Below are positions 1-9,542 of a stretch of 64,000 bases of DNA, piece by piece. Numbering within the stretch: the stretch's first letter is position 1; every line of letters starts with the position of its first letter. A program made the translations under genes and the position numbers. The stretch covers positions 73,984 through 137,983 of the forward strand of contig JAPLEZ010000153.1 of assembly GCA_026390935.1 (NCBI GenBank), given 5' to 3'. Below the pieces are notes generated by a model. It did no database searches. It saw nothing but the letters and a program-made list of their open reading frames with translations, and was not told the origin of the DNA. This DNA is from Bacteroidota bacterium (GTDB lineage: Bacteria; Bacteroidota; Bacteroidia; Flavobacteriales_C; GCA-002722245).

Positions 1-1
1 G

Positions 2-238
2 GATGCTTTGCGACAGGCTGTTGTTAAAGCAAATGAATTTGGATTTTCTTTGCAGGGTGCTGTAATGGCTTCTGATGCATTTTTTCCTTTCCCTGATTGT
101 GTGCAACTGGCGAAAGAAGCTGGAATCACAGCCGTTATTCAACCAGGTGGTTCAATTAAAGATCAGGAGTCTATCGACTATTGCAATAAAAACGGAGTAG
201 CAATGGTGATCACAGGAATCCGACATTTTAAACACTAA
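2..238 (+). CDS. purH: Bifunctional AICAR transformylase/IMP cyclohydrolase, C-terminal part (truncated by window edge)
   Basis: [22 protein letters not shown] and terminal GIRHFKH are PurH C-terminal motifs. Confidence 0.97.
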   Translation, partial: DALRQAVVKANEFGFSLQGAVMASDAFFPFPDCVQLAKEAGITAVIQPGGSIKDQESIDYCNKNGVAMVITGIRHFKH

Positions 239-246
239 ATATTGGT

Positions 247-301
247 TCAATGTTCAATGTTGAATGTTCAAGGTTAGCTGACATTCAACATTGAACATTG
301 A
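247..301. repeat. Heptamer-based (TGTTCAA) inverted repeat between purH and mreB
   Basis: 247-267 tcaatgttcaatgttgaatgt is the exact reverse complement of 281-301. Confidence 0.9.
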
Positions 302-318
302 TCTTTAAACTTGAAATT

Positions 319-1347
319 ATGGGATTATTTAGCTTTCTTACACAAGAAATTGCGATTGACTTAGGTACTGCCAATACTCTGATCATTGAAAATGACAAAG
401 TGGTGGTGGATGAGCCGTCGATCATTGCGATGAACCGCATTACCGGTGAGGTAATGGCTATCGGTAAAAAAGCAATGCAGATGCACGGTAAAACCCACGA
501 AAACATTAAAACTATTCGTCCGCTGAAAGATGGTGTTATTGCCGATTTTCACGCTGCCGAAGAGATGATTCGCGGGTTTATCAAAATGATCAATTTGAAC
601 CGCCGAAGAATGTTTGGTCCATCCAATATTCGTATGGTAATTTGTATACCATCAGGTATTACTGAAGTTGAAAAGCGCGCTGTAAAAGATTCAGCAGAAC
701 ATGCTGGAGCTAAAGAAGTTCGTTTGATTCAGGAGCCTATGGCTGCTGCGATTGGTATTGGTATCGACGTGGAAGAGCCAATGGGTAACATGGTGATTGA
801 CATCGGTGGTGGTACTAGCGAAATTGCGGTAATCGCATTGGGTGGTATTGTTTGCGACAAATCTATTCGTGTTGCAGGAGATGAATTCACTCAAGACATT
901 GAAGATTACATGCGTCGTCAACACAACATTTTAGTTGGAGAAAGAACGGCCGAAAGAATTAAAATTGAAGTGGGTGCTGCATTGCCTGAATTGGACAATC
1001 CGCCACCTGATTTCGCAGTTCACGGTCGCGACTTAATGACTGGTATCCCTAAAGAAATTACAGTTTCATATTCGGAGATCGCACACTGTTTGGATAAATC
1101 TATTTCAAAAATTGAAGCCGCTATTTTAAGTGCATTGGAGATGACTCCTCCTGAACTTTCTGCAGATATTTTCCGCACCGGAATTTATTTGGCTGGTGGT
1201 GGATCTATGTTGAGAGGTTTGGACAAACGTATTTCCAAAAAAACAAAGTTGCCAGTTCACGTTGCTGAAGATCCTTTGAGAGCTGTGGCAAGAGGTACAG
1301 GCATCGCTTTGAAAAACTTCGACAGGTTCCCATTCTTAATCAAGTAA
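319..1347 (+). CDS. mreB: Rod shape-determining protein MreB
   Basis: IAIDLGTANT, EPMAAAIG, DIGGGTSE, LAGGGSML actin-ATPase motifs; ATG at 319 preferred to TTG at 298. Confidence 0.98.
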   Translation: MGLFSFLTQEIAIDLGTANTLIIENDKVVVDEPSIIAMNRITGEVMAIGKKAMQMHGKTHENIKTIRPLKDGVIADFHAAEEMIRGFIKMINLNRRRMFGPSNIRMVICIPSGITEVEKRAVKDSAEHAGAKEVRLIQEPMAAAIGIGIDVEEPMGNMVIDIGGGTSEIAVIALGGIVCDKSIRVAGDEFTQDIEDYMRRQHNILVGERTAERIKIEVGAALPELDNPPPDFAVHGRDLMTGIPKEITVSYSEIAHCLDKSISKIEAAILSALEMTPPELSADIFRTGIYLAGGGSMLRGLDKRISKKTKLPVHVAEDPLRAVARGTGIALKNFDRFPFLIK

Positions 1348-1351
1348 ATTA

Positions 1352-1438
1352 AGTTCAATGTTCAAGGTTCAATGTTCAAAGTTAGCACTATCTGTTGCAA
1401 CTCCGGAACTATGAACTTTGAACATTAAACATTGAACT
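1352..1438. repeat. Heptamer-based (TGTTCAA) imperfect inverted repeat between mreB and mreC
   Basis: agttcaatgttcaaggttcaatgttcaaagtt (1352-1383) versus the inverted arm at 1407-1438. Confidence 0.88.
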
Positions 1439-1444
1439 AATAGC

Positions 1445-2293
1445 ATGAAGAACTTATTAGCAATTCTTTATAAAAATCACCTGCTACTGCTTTTTCTTTT
1501 TCTTGAAATTACTGCCGTTACTTTTGCTATTCAGCACAATAATTTTCAACGCGCTTCCTTTATCAATTCTGCATCATACATCACTGGTAATACCTATGAA
1601 GTGATGAATAATTTTGATTCCTATATGGACTTGAAGGAAAAAAATAAATTGCTGGCCGATTCTTTAGCAAAGTTAAAAGGGCAAACTTTAAGTGCGTATT
1701 TAAAAAAGGATACATCGATTACAAAAGTGAGCGACACGCTCTATAAACAAAGGTATACTTATATTACTGCGGAGGTGTTGCATCAAACCATTCATAAAGT
1801 AAATAATTTTTTAACGCTCAATAAAGGAAGCGAGGATGGTATTGAAGTGGACATGGCTGTGCTGGGTGTGAATGGTGTGGTAGGAAAAGTGAATGGCGTC
1901 ACAAGTAATTTTTGTTCTGTACTTTCATTGCTTAACAGTCAGAGTTCTCTTTCCTGTAAATTCAAAAAAAATAATGCTCTAGGTTCATTGGTGTGGAATG
2001 GAAAAATGCAAAGTGGACTTACTTACCGACAGGCTTTGCTGGTGGATGTGCCACTCACCACAAAAGTTACTGTTGGAGATACCGTTGTCACCTCTGGTTT
2101 TTCTGATAATTTTCCAGGAGGGATTCCTGTTGGAAAAGTTGTGGATTTTAAAATTGAGGATGAAGGACAATCGCAGGAAGTAAGGCTTGAGCTTTTTTTA
2201 GATTTCAATATTCTTGATCATGTTTTTATTGTGCGTGATATATTCCGTCAAGAAAAGGATTCGTTGCATATTAAATATCAAAACGCCAACTGA
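1445..2293 (+). CDS. mreC: Rod shape-determining protein MreC
   Basis: N-terminal TM, coiled coil, LNKGSEDGI, GDTVVTSG and FPGGIPVG motifs; follows mreB. Confidence 0.96.
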   Translation: MKNLLAILYKNHLLLLFLFLEITAVTFAIQHNNFQRASFINSASYITGNTYEVMNNFDSYMDLKEKNKLLADSLAKLKGQTLSAYLKKDTSITKVSDTLYKQRYTYITAEVLHQTIHKVNNFLTLNKGSEDGIEVDMAVLGVNGVVGKVNGVTSNFCSVLSLLNSQSSLSCKFKKNNALGSLVWNGKMQSGLTYRQALLVDVPLTTKVTVGDTVVTSGFSDNFPGGIPVGKVVDFKIEDEGQSQEVRLELFLDFNILDHVFIVRDIFRQEKDSLHIKYQNAN

Positions 2294-2805
2294 TGTTAGA
2301 GCAATTACCAAGATATATTATCGCTTTTTTGCTCCTTGTTTATTGTCAGGTGGTGGTGTTCAATTACATCCATTTTTCCAATGTCATCAGCACTTATCCT
2401 TACATATTGTTTTTGCTTCTTTTGCCCAGCAACACCAATACTGCACTGTCGTTGGCATTGGCTTTTGTACTTGGAATTACTGTAGATTATTTTTCTGATG
2501 CTGGTGGAATGCATGCTGCTGCTTGTGTACCCATCGCATACATTCGTCCCTTTATTTTGCGCACTGTTGGTACTGAAAGTAAAAAAGATAATTACACTCC
2601 AACTATCAAGGATTTGGGATTTAATCGCTACGTGATGTATGCTGCAATTATGGTTTTGATTCATCATACTATTCTGTTTTATTTTGAGGCATTTGAGTTT
2701 TCTCTTTTCTTCAGCACTTTTCTAAAAATGTTAGGTAGTTCAGTGTTGACTTTAATTTTCATTGTTCTGCTCCAATACATTTTCATTAAAGAACCAGGCA
2801 AGTGA
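2293..2805 (+). CDS. mreD: Rod shape-determining protein MreD
   Basis: 170 aa polytopic membrane protein with GITVDYFSD-GGMHAAA; lies between mreC and PBP2. Confidence 0.93.
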   Translation: MLEQLPRYIIAFLLLVYCQVVVFNYIHFSNVISTYPYILFLLLLPSNTNTALSLALAFVLGITVDYFSDAGGMHAAACVPIAYIRPFILRTVGTESKKDNYTPTIKDLGFNRYVMYAAIMVLIHHTILFYFEAFEFSLFFSTFLKMLGSSVLTLIFIVLLQYIFIKEPGK

Positions 2806-4607
2806 ATCCTACGTCCGACAGGCAATATGTGATCGTTGGTATATTTTCTACCCTGGCCATTATTTTTGTTTTCCGTTTGTTTTATTTGCAGGTAATCAAT
2901 CCCGAATTTCAGGATAAGGCCCTCAATATGGGGAGGAAGGTGGTGGTTGAATTTCCTATGCGCGGAACCATTTACGATCGCAACGGACACATCATGGCCC
3001 ACAATGAAATTGCTTATGATTTAATTGTTTTGCCCAAGGAAGTGAAGGTGGATACTTTTGAGTTTTGCAAATTGTTGAACATCGATACTGCCGAGTTCAA
3101 TCGCCGTTTGAAAATTGCAAAGACGTATCCCAATGCAGCATACAAAGAATCAGTTTTTCAAGAACTAATTTCTGTAGAAGATTTTGCGAGAATTAGTGAG
3201 CAGCTGTATCGCTATAAAGGATTTTCGGCGCAGAGAAGAAACGTGCGAAACTATCCAAAGCCAAGCGGCGCGCATGTTTTGGGATACATGCAAAAGGTAA
3301 GCGTAAACGATAAACAGAGAGATGAATTTTACGTGAACAATGATTACATCGGCAGAAGTGGACTGGAGATGTACTACGAAAAAGATTTACGCGGAGTCAA
3401 AGGAATTAAATATTTGCGTCGCGACAGAAACAACAACATCAAGGGGCCATATAAAGAGGGAACGCTGGATGAGAAATCTGCTCCCGGTAAAGATTTGTAT
3501 ACATCCATTGATGCCGTTTTACAAGAATATGCCGAGCAATTGATGCAAGGGAAGCGCGGAAGCATTGTGGCTATTGATCCGTCAACAGGTGAAGTATTGT
3601 GTATGGTTTCGGCGCCGACCTACAATCCCAATGATTTGGTTGGACGATATTTCAGTAAAAATTACGATACCATTTTTAACAGTCCGGGACAGCCTTTATT
3701 CTTTCGAAGCATTGCGGCCACTCAACCTCCTGGATCTATTGTGAAAACCATGCAGGCCGCCATTGCTCAGCAATTTGGTGTAGCAAACCCAAACACCAGA
3801 TATCCTTGCAATAAAAGTTTAGTGGGTTGCCACGATCACCCTGGTCCATTAAATTTGCCGCAATCGGTGCAAAGTTCATGTAATCCTTATTATTACAATT
3901 TAGTGAAAACGATTTTGTATGCCGAAAAATCGGGTAATGAGTTCACAACAATTGAGCATGGATTGAACAGATGGGAAGATGTTGTGCGTTCTTTCGGTAT
4001 GGGAAATCCTTTGCATATTGATCTCGCAGGAGAGAAGGATGGAAATGTACCTGATTCACGAGAATACAATAAAACATATGGACGTGGACACTGGAATTAC
4101 CGTACAGTTTACTCTTTAAGTATCGGTCAGGGAGAATTTGCATTGACACCTTTGCAAATGACTAATCTAGCAGTTATCATAGCCAATAAAGGAAAATATT
4201 ACACGCCGCATGTGGTGAAAAAAGTGGGTGATAGAGAATTGAATTACAAAGATTCAGTACACGTTGTTAAGGTGGAATCAAAATATTTTGATGTGGTGCA
4301 GGATGGGATGCAATGGGTGATTGAAGAACGCGGTGGAACTGCCGGTCGTGCAAAAATTGATAGCTTACATTATTGCGGTAAAACCGGTACATCCCAAAAT
4401 CCGCACGGTGAAGATCACTCGGTTTTCATTGCCTTTGCGCCACGTGAAAATCCTAAAATTGCAATTTCAGTGTATATTGAAAACGCAGGAAAGGGTGGTT
4501 TATGGGCAGCTCCCATCGCCAGCTTGGTGATTGAAAAATATTTACGTGGACAGATTTCAAGGAAGGAATTGGAAGAAGATATGTTGAAAGGAGTAATCAA
4601 ATATTAG
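2802..4607 (+). CDS. mrdA: Penicillin-binding protein 2
   Basis: RGTIYDRNG dimerisation domain; SxxK (GSIVK), SxN (SCN) and KTG motifs. Confidence 0.96.
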   Translation: MNPTSDRQYVIVGIFSTLAIIFVFRLFYLQVINPEFQDKALNMGRKVVVEFPMRGTIYDRNGHIMAHNEIAYDLIVLPKEVKVDTFEFCKLLNIDTAEFNRRLKIAKTYPNAAYKESVFQELISVEDFARISEQLYRYKGFSAQRRNVRNYPKPSGAHVLGYMQKVSVNDKQRDEFYVNNDYIGRSGLEMYYEKDLRGVKGIKYLRRDRNNNIKGPYKEGTLDEKSAPGKDLYTSIDAVLQEYAEQLMQGKRGSIVAIDPSTGEVLCMVSAPTYNPNDLVGRYFSKNYDTIFNSPGQPLFFRSIAATQPPGSIVKTMQAAIAQQFGVANPNTRYPCNKSLVGCHDHPGPLNLPQSVQSSCNPYYYNLVKTILYAEKSGNEFTTIEHGLNRWEDVVRSFGMGNPLHIDLAGEKDGNVPDSREYNKTYGRGHWNYRTVYSLSIGQGEFALTPLQMTNLAVIIANKGKYYTPHVVKKVGDRELNYKDSVHVVKVESKYFDVVQDGMQWVIEERGGTAGRAKIDSLHYCGKTGTSQNPHGEDHSVFIAFAPRENPKIAISVYIENAGKGGLWAAPIASLVIEKYLRGQISRKELEEDMLKGVIKY

Positions 4608-6100
4608 TGGCAAAAAGAAACAACATAATAAATAATATTGATTGGGTATTGCTCTCGATCTTTTTGTTGTTGATGCTCATCGGCTGGATAAATATTTATG
4701 GTGCTGTTTTCGATGAGGTTCATCCAAGTATTTTTGATACTTCGCAACGTTATGGCAAGCAGTTGTTGTGGATTGGCGGGGCGCTGTTTTTAGCGTTTTT
4801 AATTTTATCTCTCGATAGTAAAGTTTTCACCTACTCGGCCTATATCATTTATGGTGTTAGTCTGTTTGCCTTACTCGTCACCATTTTTGTGGCGCGAGAG
4901 GTGAATGGTGCGCGCTCATGGTTGGAGATAGGTTCATTTAAAATCCAACCTTCGGAGTTTGCCAAGTTTGCTACCAGTTTAGCACTGGCGAAGTATTTAT
5001 CTACTCTTCAAAATTTAAAGGCAAATACTGGTTCCTTGTTTGAGTTGGGCTATCAAGTGAGTAGGATCTTTACAGGAAAGGCGGTTTTTCGTTTGCAGTA
5101 TATCGATTGGAAAACTCAAGTGGCGCCAATGGCGATTATTTTGGTGCCTATGATTTTAATTCTCGGACAAAAAGATACTGGATCAGCGCTCGTTTATTTG
5201 GCTTTCATTTTCGTGTGGTATCGCGCCGGATTTTCGGGTAGTATTTTACTCATCGGTTTTTACTTAATGGTTTTGGCTGTTTTAACTTTAATGGTGGATG
5301 CCGATTCGGTGATCGCTGCAGTGTGTACCATCGCCTTAATTTTGTATACCATTTTCATTAAAGACACGCTAATGGCGGTAATTCTCATTGGTTCTATCTT
5401 TTTGTATTATGTGCTTTATTTTATTTTCGACTGGAACAGTTCCATCACCAATTATTTGTTTTTTGCGGCGATAGGCATTTTTTTTCTGGCCAATTTTGCG
5501 CTGGAAAATGTATGGAGGAAATTCGAAAAAAACTTTGTTCTTTTTTCTCTCGTCGGCAGTTTGATGTTTATTGGAAGTGTTCAGTTTTTGTTTGATAATG
5601 TGTTGCAGCCTCATCAGAAAGACAGGATTTTAGTGCTCTTTGGAAAGAAGGAAGATATTCATGGTGTGGGCTACCAGGCGCACGTTGCCAAAATAGCAAT
5701 AGGGTCGGGTGGCTTTGCTGGTAATGGTTTGCTGGAGGGAATCATCACCAAAGGTAATTTCGTGCCTGAACAGGGAACGGATTACATTTTTTGTACGGTG
5801 GGAGAGGAGTGGGGTTTTTTAGGTTCTACTTTCGTGATTATTTTATACCTCGCGCTCATTTTGCGTATTATTTTCCGAGCTGAAAAACAGCGCTCTAATT
5901 TCACGCGGATTTACGGTTATTGTGTGGCTTCTATTTTATTTATTCACTTTATGATTAACATCGGAATGGTGATCGGATTGGCGCCGGTGATCGGGATTCC
6001 TTTGCCCTTCCTGAGTTACGGAGGTTCGTCACTTTGGGCCTTTACTATTTTGCTTTTCTTGTTTGTGAAGTTTGATTCGCAGCGATTGGAGATTTTGTAA
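4607..6100 (+). CDS. rodA: SEDS peptidoglycan polymerase RodA
   Basis: IQPSEFAK, AIGSGG, PEQGTDYIF and PLPFLSYGGSS motifs. Confidence 0.96.
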   Translation: MAKRNNIINNIDWVLLSIFLLLMLIGWINIYGAVFDEVHPSIFDTSQRYGKQLLWIGGALFLAFLILSLDSKVFTYSAYIIYGVSLFALLVTIFVAREVNGARSWLEIGSFKIQPSEFAKFATSLALAKYLSTLQNLKANTGSLFELGYQVSRIFTGKAVFRLQYIDWKTQVAPMAIILVPMILILGQKDTGSALVYLAFIFVWYRAGFSGSILLIGFYLMVLAVLTLMVDADSVIAAVCTIALILYTIFIKDTLMAVILIGSIFLYYVLYFIFDWNSSITNYLFFAAIGIFFLANFALENVWRKFEKNFVLFSLVGSLMFIGSVQFLFDNVLQPHQKDRILVLFGKKEDIHGVGYQAHVAKIAIGSGGFAGNGLLEGIITKGNFVPEQGTDYIFCTVGEEWGFLGSTFVIILYLALILRIIFRAEKQRSNFTRIYGYCVASILFIHFMINIGMVIGLAPVIGIPLPFLSYGGSSLWAFTILLFLFVKFDSQRLEIL

Positions 6101-6112
6101 TTATTTTTGTTC

Positions 6113-6337
6113 TTAATTATATCTGAGCTGATATAAGGCAATCAAAATAATAAATACAACTAGGGATAGAAGTAGAGTTATTTTCTTTCTTTCCGTTTTA
6201 CGAAAAGCTATTTTCTGGAGGTTTGGTTCGGTATCCGACTCTTTGTTCACTTTGAATGAGCGGTGTCGGTAATTTCTACTAATTCTCAACGAAAAGAAAA
6301 TAGGTACAAAACAAGCTATAAGCATTAATGGTAACAT
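6113..6337 (-). CDS. Small hypothetical membrane protein with two hydrophobic segments
   Basis: 74 aa ATG-start ORF filling the gap, hydrophobic at both ends; no family recognised. Confidence 0.5.
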   Translation of the reverse strand: MLPLMLIACFVPIFFSLRISRNYRHRSFKVNKESDTEPNLQKIAFRKTERKKITLLLSLVVFIILIALYQLRYN

Positions 6338-6365
6338 GATTCAAAAATAATAATATGTTTTGTAA

Positions 6366-6499
6366 TATGAGTAGTGGCGATAGATCCTTCCTTCGTCAGG
6401 AGGACATACTCATCCATTATTAAAATTCAGCGCTTATTTTTTTGGTGTCGGTTGGGTCTGTCCTCCTGACGAAGGAAGGATCTATCGCCACTACTCATA
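6366..6499. repeat. REP-doublet/REPIN-like element: perfect 41-bp inverted repeat with 52-bp spacer
   Basis: 6366-6406 tatgagtagtggcgatagatccttccttcgtcaggaggaca is the exact reverse complement of 6459-6499. Confidence 0.9.
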
Positions 6500-8192
6500 A
6501 TTCAATATCCTTTATATCCATCTGCATTGTTGTTTTTCCTTTGTAATTATTGAGATTCAAAGTAAAACAAACGCTAATGATTTTGCCTTCACAAATGGGC
6601 GAACAATATTTGGCCATTTTAAATGCTACGCCGGTGATTTTTTTGTCGGGATAATCATTGTCGGATAGTAACATGCGCAAATGCTCGGTGCCTACAACGC
6701 GGCATTCACCAACATCAACAAGATTGTCGGCAACAAATAATGGTGTTTCATTATCGGGGCCGAAAGGTTCAAACTGTCGGAGAATGCGGTAAAACCTATC
6801 ATCTATGTCGTTGAGAGGTATGTGTGCTTCTACTTTCAATTTAGGAATTAAAAGCTCGGGCGTAATTTTTCTATCAATTACCTTTTCAAGTCTTGCTTTG
6901 AAAGCTGCGTAATTTTTTGGCAATAAACTGATGCCTGCCGCGTGATCATGTCCGCCGAATTGCTCCAGTAGATCTCCACATTCTTCAATGGCTTCCAAAA
7001 TGTTAAACCCTTTGACGGATCTCGCGCTACCAGTGATTTTACCATCGGCCTGAGTAAGCACTAAAGTGGGACGGTAATACTGATCCTGCAGGCGTGACGC
7101 AACTATGCCAACTACGCCTTTGTGCCAGTTTTCGCTAAACACAATACTACTGGTTTTTTCTTCTTGATTTTTTAAAATGGCCAGTGCTTCTTCTGTGGTT
7201 TGCTTCTCTGTTTTTTTGCGTTCTTCATTGTATAAATGAATATCGTCGGCCAATGAATTTCGCAATTCCTTATCAGTGCTGATGAGCAGTTCTACCACGT
7301 GCATGGCAGAGTACATGCGGCCTGCAGCGTTAATTCGCGGACCGATACCGAAGCCCACATCCATCATGGTGAGTTCGCCTTCGCGCTTGGCGATATGAAT
7401 GATGTTTTTCAATCCGGGCAGTGGATTGCTGTTTAATTTTTTCAATCCGAAATGCGCCAACACCCTGTTTTCACCTACCATTGGCACCATATCGGCGCCG
7501 ATGCTCACCGCCACCAAATCTAAAAACTCAAGATAGTTTTCTTCTTCCAGTTCGTGTTTCTGACAATAGGCCTGAATGAATTTAAATCCAACTCCAGCTC
7601 CCGATAAAAATGAAAATGGATACTGACAATCGGCTTGCTTTGGATTGAGCAAGGCAACAGCATTTGGTATAATTTCACCAGGATTGTGATGGTCGCAAAC
7701 AATGAAATCAATGCCCATTTCCTTAGCTTTTGCGATATGCTCCACGGATCGCGTTCCACAGTCGAGGGCGATGATTAAGGAAAATCCATTGTCGCTAGCG
7801 AAATCAAGGGAATCATTGGAAATTCCATAACCTTCCTTGTATCGGTCGGGAACATAATACGATAAATTTTCGGTGAGTTTTTTCAAAAACAAATACATCA
7901 TCGCAACGGAAGTAGTGCCGTCTACATCGTAATCGCCGAAGACTAAAATTTTCTCGTTATTGAGCAAAGCCTCTTCCAAGCGAGTGACCGCTCTATCCAT
8001 GTCCTTCATTAAAAAAGGATCGTGCAAACTTTTCAAATCGGGACGGAAAAATTTCCTGGCTTCTTCAAAATTTTTGATGCCACGGTGTACTAGCAATCTG
8101 GCTAAAACCGGGTGAATGGCCAAAACATCAGCCAGCTCTTTCACAAGAGCGGGATCTGCATCGGCATAATCTTCCCGGATTTTCTTTACCAT
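6495..8192 (-). CDS. recJ: ssDNA-specific exonuclease RecJ
   Basis: GDYDVDG, DCG, DHH, PRINAAGR, GSARS and GGH motifs. Confidence 0.97.
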   Translation of the reverse strand: MVKKIREDYADADPALVKELADVLAIHPVLARLLVHRGIKNFEEARKFFRPDLKSLHDPFLMKDMDRAVTRLEEALLNNEKILVFGDYDVDGTTSVAMMYLFLKKLTENLSYYVPDRYKEGYGISNDSLDFASDNGFSLIIALDCGTRSVEHIAKAKEMGIDFIVCDHHNPGEIIPNAVALLNPKQADCQYPFSFLSGAGVGFKFIQAYCQKHELEEENYLEFLDLVAVSIGADMVPMVGENRVLAHFGLKKLNSNPLPGLKNIIHIAKREGELTMMDVGFGIGPRINAAGRMYSAMHVVELLISTDKELRNSLADDIHLYNEERKKTEKQTTEEALAILKNQEEKTSSIVFSENWHKGVVGIVASRLQDQYYRPTLVLTQADGKITGSARSVKGFNILEAIEECGDLLEQFGGHDHAAGISLLPKNYAAFKARLEKVIDRKITPELLIPKLKVEAHIPLNDIDDRFYRILRQFEPFGPDNETPLFVADNLVDVGECRVVGTEHLRMLLSDNDYPDKKITGVAFKMAKYCSPICEGKIISVCFTLNLNNYKGKTTMQMDIKDIEL

Positions 8193-8234
8193 TTAAATTG
8201 GATTAACTTTGAAGCTTAAAGATCACGTTTTTTT

Positions 8235-8663
8235 ATGAGAGGAAAGAATACGAAATACTTAATTTTCATCATTGTTTTGAGTGTTTTCTTTTCTTGTGGT
8301 GGTGATGTGTCAACGGGGAATTCCGGACATTTATCGGGCACATGGATTTTTACGGCAGTGCTTCAGTCATCTAATAAGTCGGGGTACACTCCCAATGATA
8401 CAAGGTATAACAAGTACAAGTATTTGGATTTGAATTCAAGTGGAAAAGGGGTGTTGTGGGGAGGTAATAATTTGATGGACGGAGTGGCTACTTGGGATGA
8501 AAAAAACAAATGGATAGAATTGCAAGCGAAAGATAGTGCAGCCGTGCTAATGGATTTTGAAAAATTTACGGTGGATTCGGTAGGAAGTACTTATTTGAAA
8601 ATTTCGCATCTTGCTTTTTTTCATGATACCACGGTGACGAAGGAAATATTTTTTAAGAAATAA
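8235..8663 (+). CDS. Lipoprotein, lipocalin-like domain
   Basis: Lipobox FFSC followed by LSGTW (GxW lipocalin-like motif); TAACTTTG -7 element at 8204-8211. Confidence 0.6.
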   Translation: MRGKNTKYLIFIIVLSVFFSCGGDVSTGNSGHLSGTWIFTAVLQSSNKSGYTPNDTRYNKYKYLDLNSSGKGVLWGGNNLMDGVATWDEKNKWIELQAKDSAAVLMDFEKFTVDSVGSTYLKISHLAFFHDTTVTKEIFFKK

Positions 8664-8666
8664 GGA

Positions 8667-9329
8667 ATGAGATTTTTAGCTTTTTTTGTAGTTGTTGTTT
8701 TGTATTCCTGTGGTTCAAGGGAAGCAAAGGAAACAGTGGTTGATCCTTGGGCAACGGAAGTGCTTGTTCAGCCAAAAAGCTGTGCTGATTTTTTGAATAG
8801 GTTTAAAGATTTTTCTTCTGACACTTTTAAAATTGTGTCGCCCGAACAGGATGATGATTTAAATGATGATGTTTTTTTTGGAACCGAATTGGATTCAACT
8901 TATTATTCTTTTATTGATAAAAACGTTGCAGAGTATACTCAAGGTATGTACAAGATTTTTGCCTGCTTCAAAAGGAAAGTATCCCCAGGAAAATATTTAA
9001 TTTTACTCAGAACGCCTGGTGAATATTGGGAAAGTAAAATCAAACTTTACGTTTTTGATTCTTTGTTGCAAAGAAACATCGCCTCTCTCGAAGTTGCGGA
9101 AAACTGGGGTGATGCAGGAGATTCAATGTCGAAAATATCTTATCTGCTTTTTAAGCAAGGAGCATGTTCACTTGTTTTGTTTAAAAATGAATCCTATTCT
9201 ACAGACGATGAATACAAAGACTTTACATCCACAGACAGTGTTTTCTTTTATAACATCAACGAAGGAATTTCCTTTGTAAAAGGAGGTCTGTATGATTCAA
9301 CAGCTACCTATAATCACCTGTTTAAGTGA
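8667..9329 (+). CDS. Hypothetical lipoprotein
   Basis: Lipobox LYSC; 220 aa; 3 nt downstream of the previous gene. Confidence 0.7.
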   Translation: MRFLAFFVVVVLYSCGSREAKETVVDPWATEVLVQPKSCADFLNRFKDFSSDTFKIVSPEQDDDLNDDVFFGTELDSTYYSFIDKNVAEYTQGMYKIFACFKRKVSPGKYLILLRTPGEYWESKIKLYVFDSLLQRNIASLEVAENWGDAGDSMSKISYLLFKQGACSLVLFKNESYSTDDEYKDFTSTDSVFFYNINEGISFVKGGLYDSTATYNHLFK

Positions 9330-9542
9330 ATTTTTTTCGCGCAATTTTGTGCATTAAGTGTAAAAATTGCAAAGTCACATATCATTCAAATATTTGACTC
9401 ACAGCACTTTGAAAATTCGAATTATTGCCCATTAACCGCAAATCAATAACAATATAAATATCTGAAAATCAATTACATAGACTGTAACTTTTTGTTATTT
9501 CCAATTGTTTTCACTAAGATTAACGCGTAATTTGCACTTATA

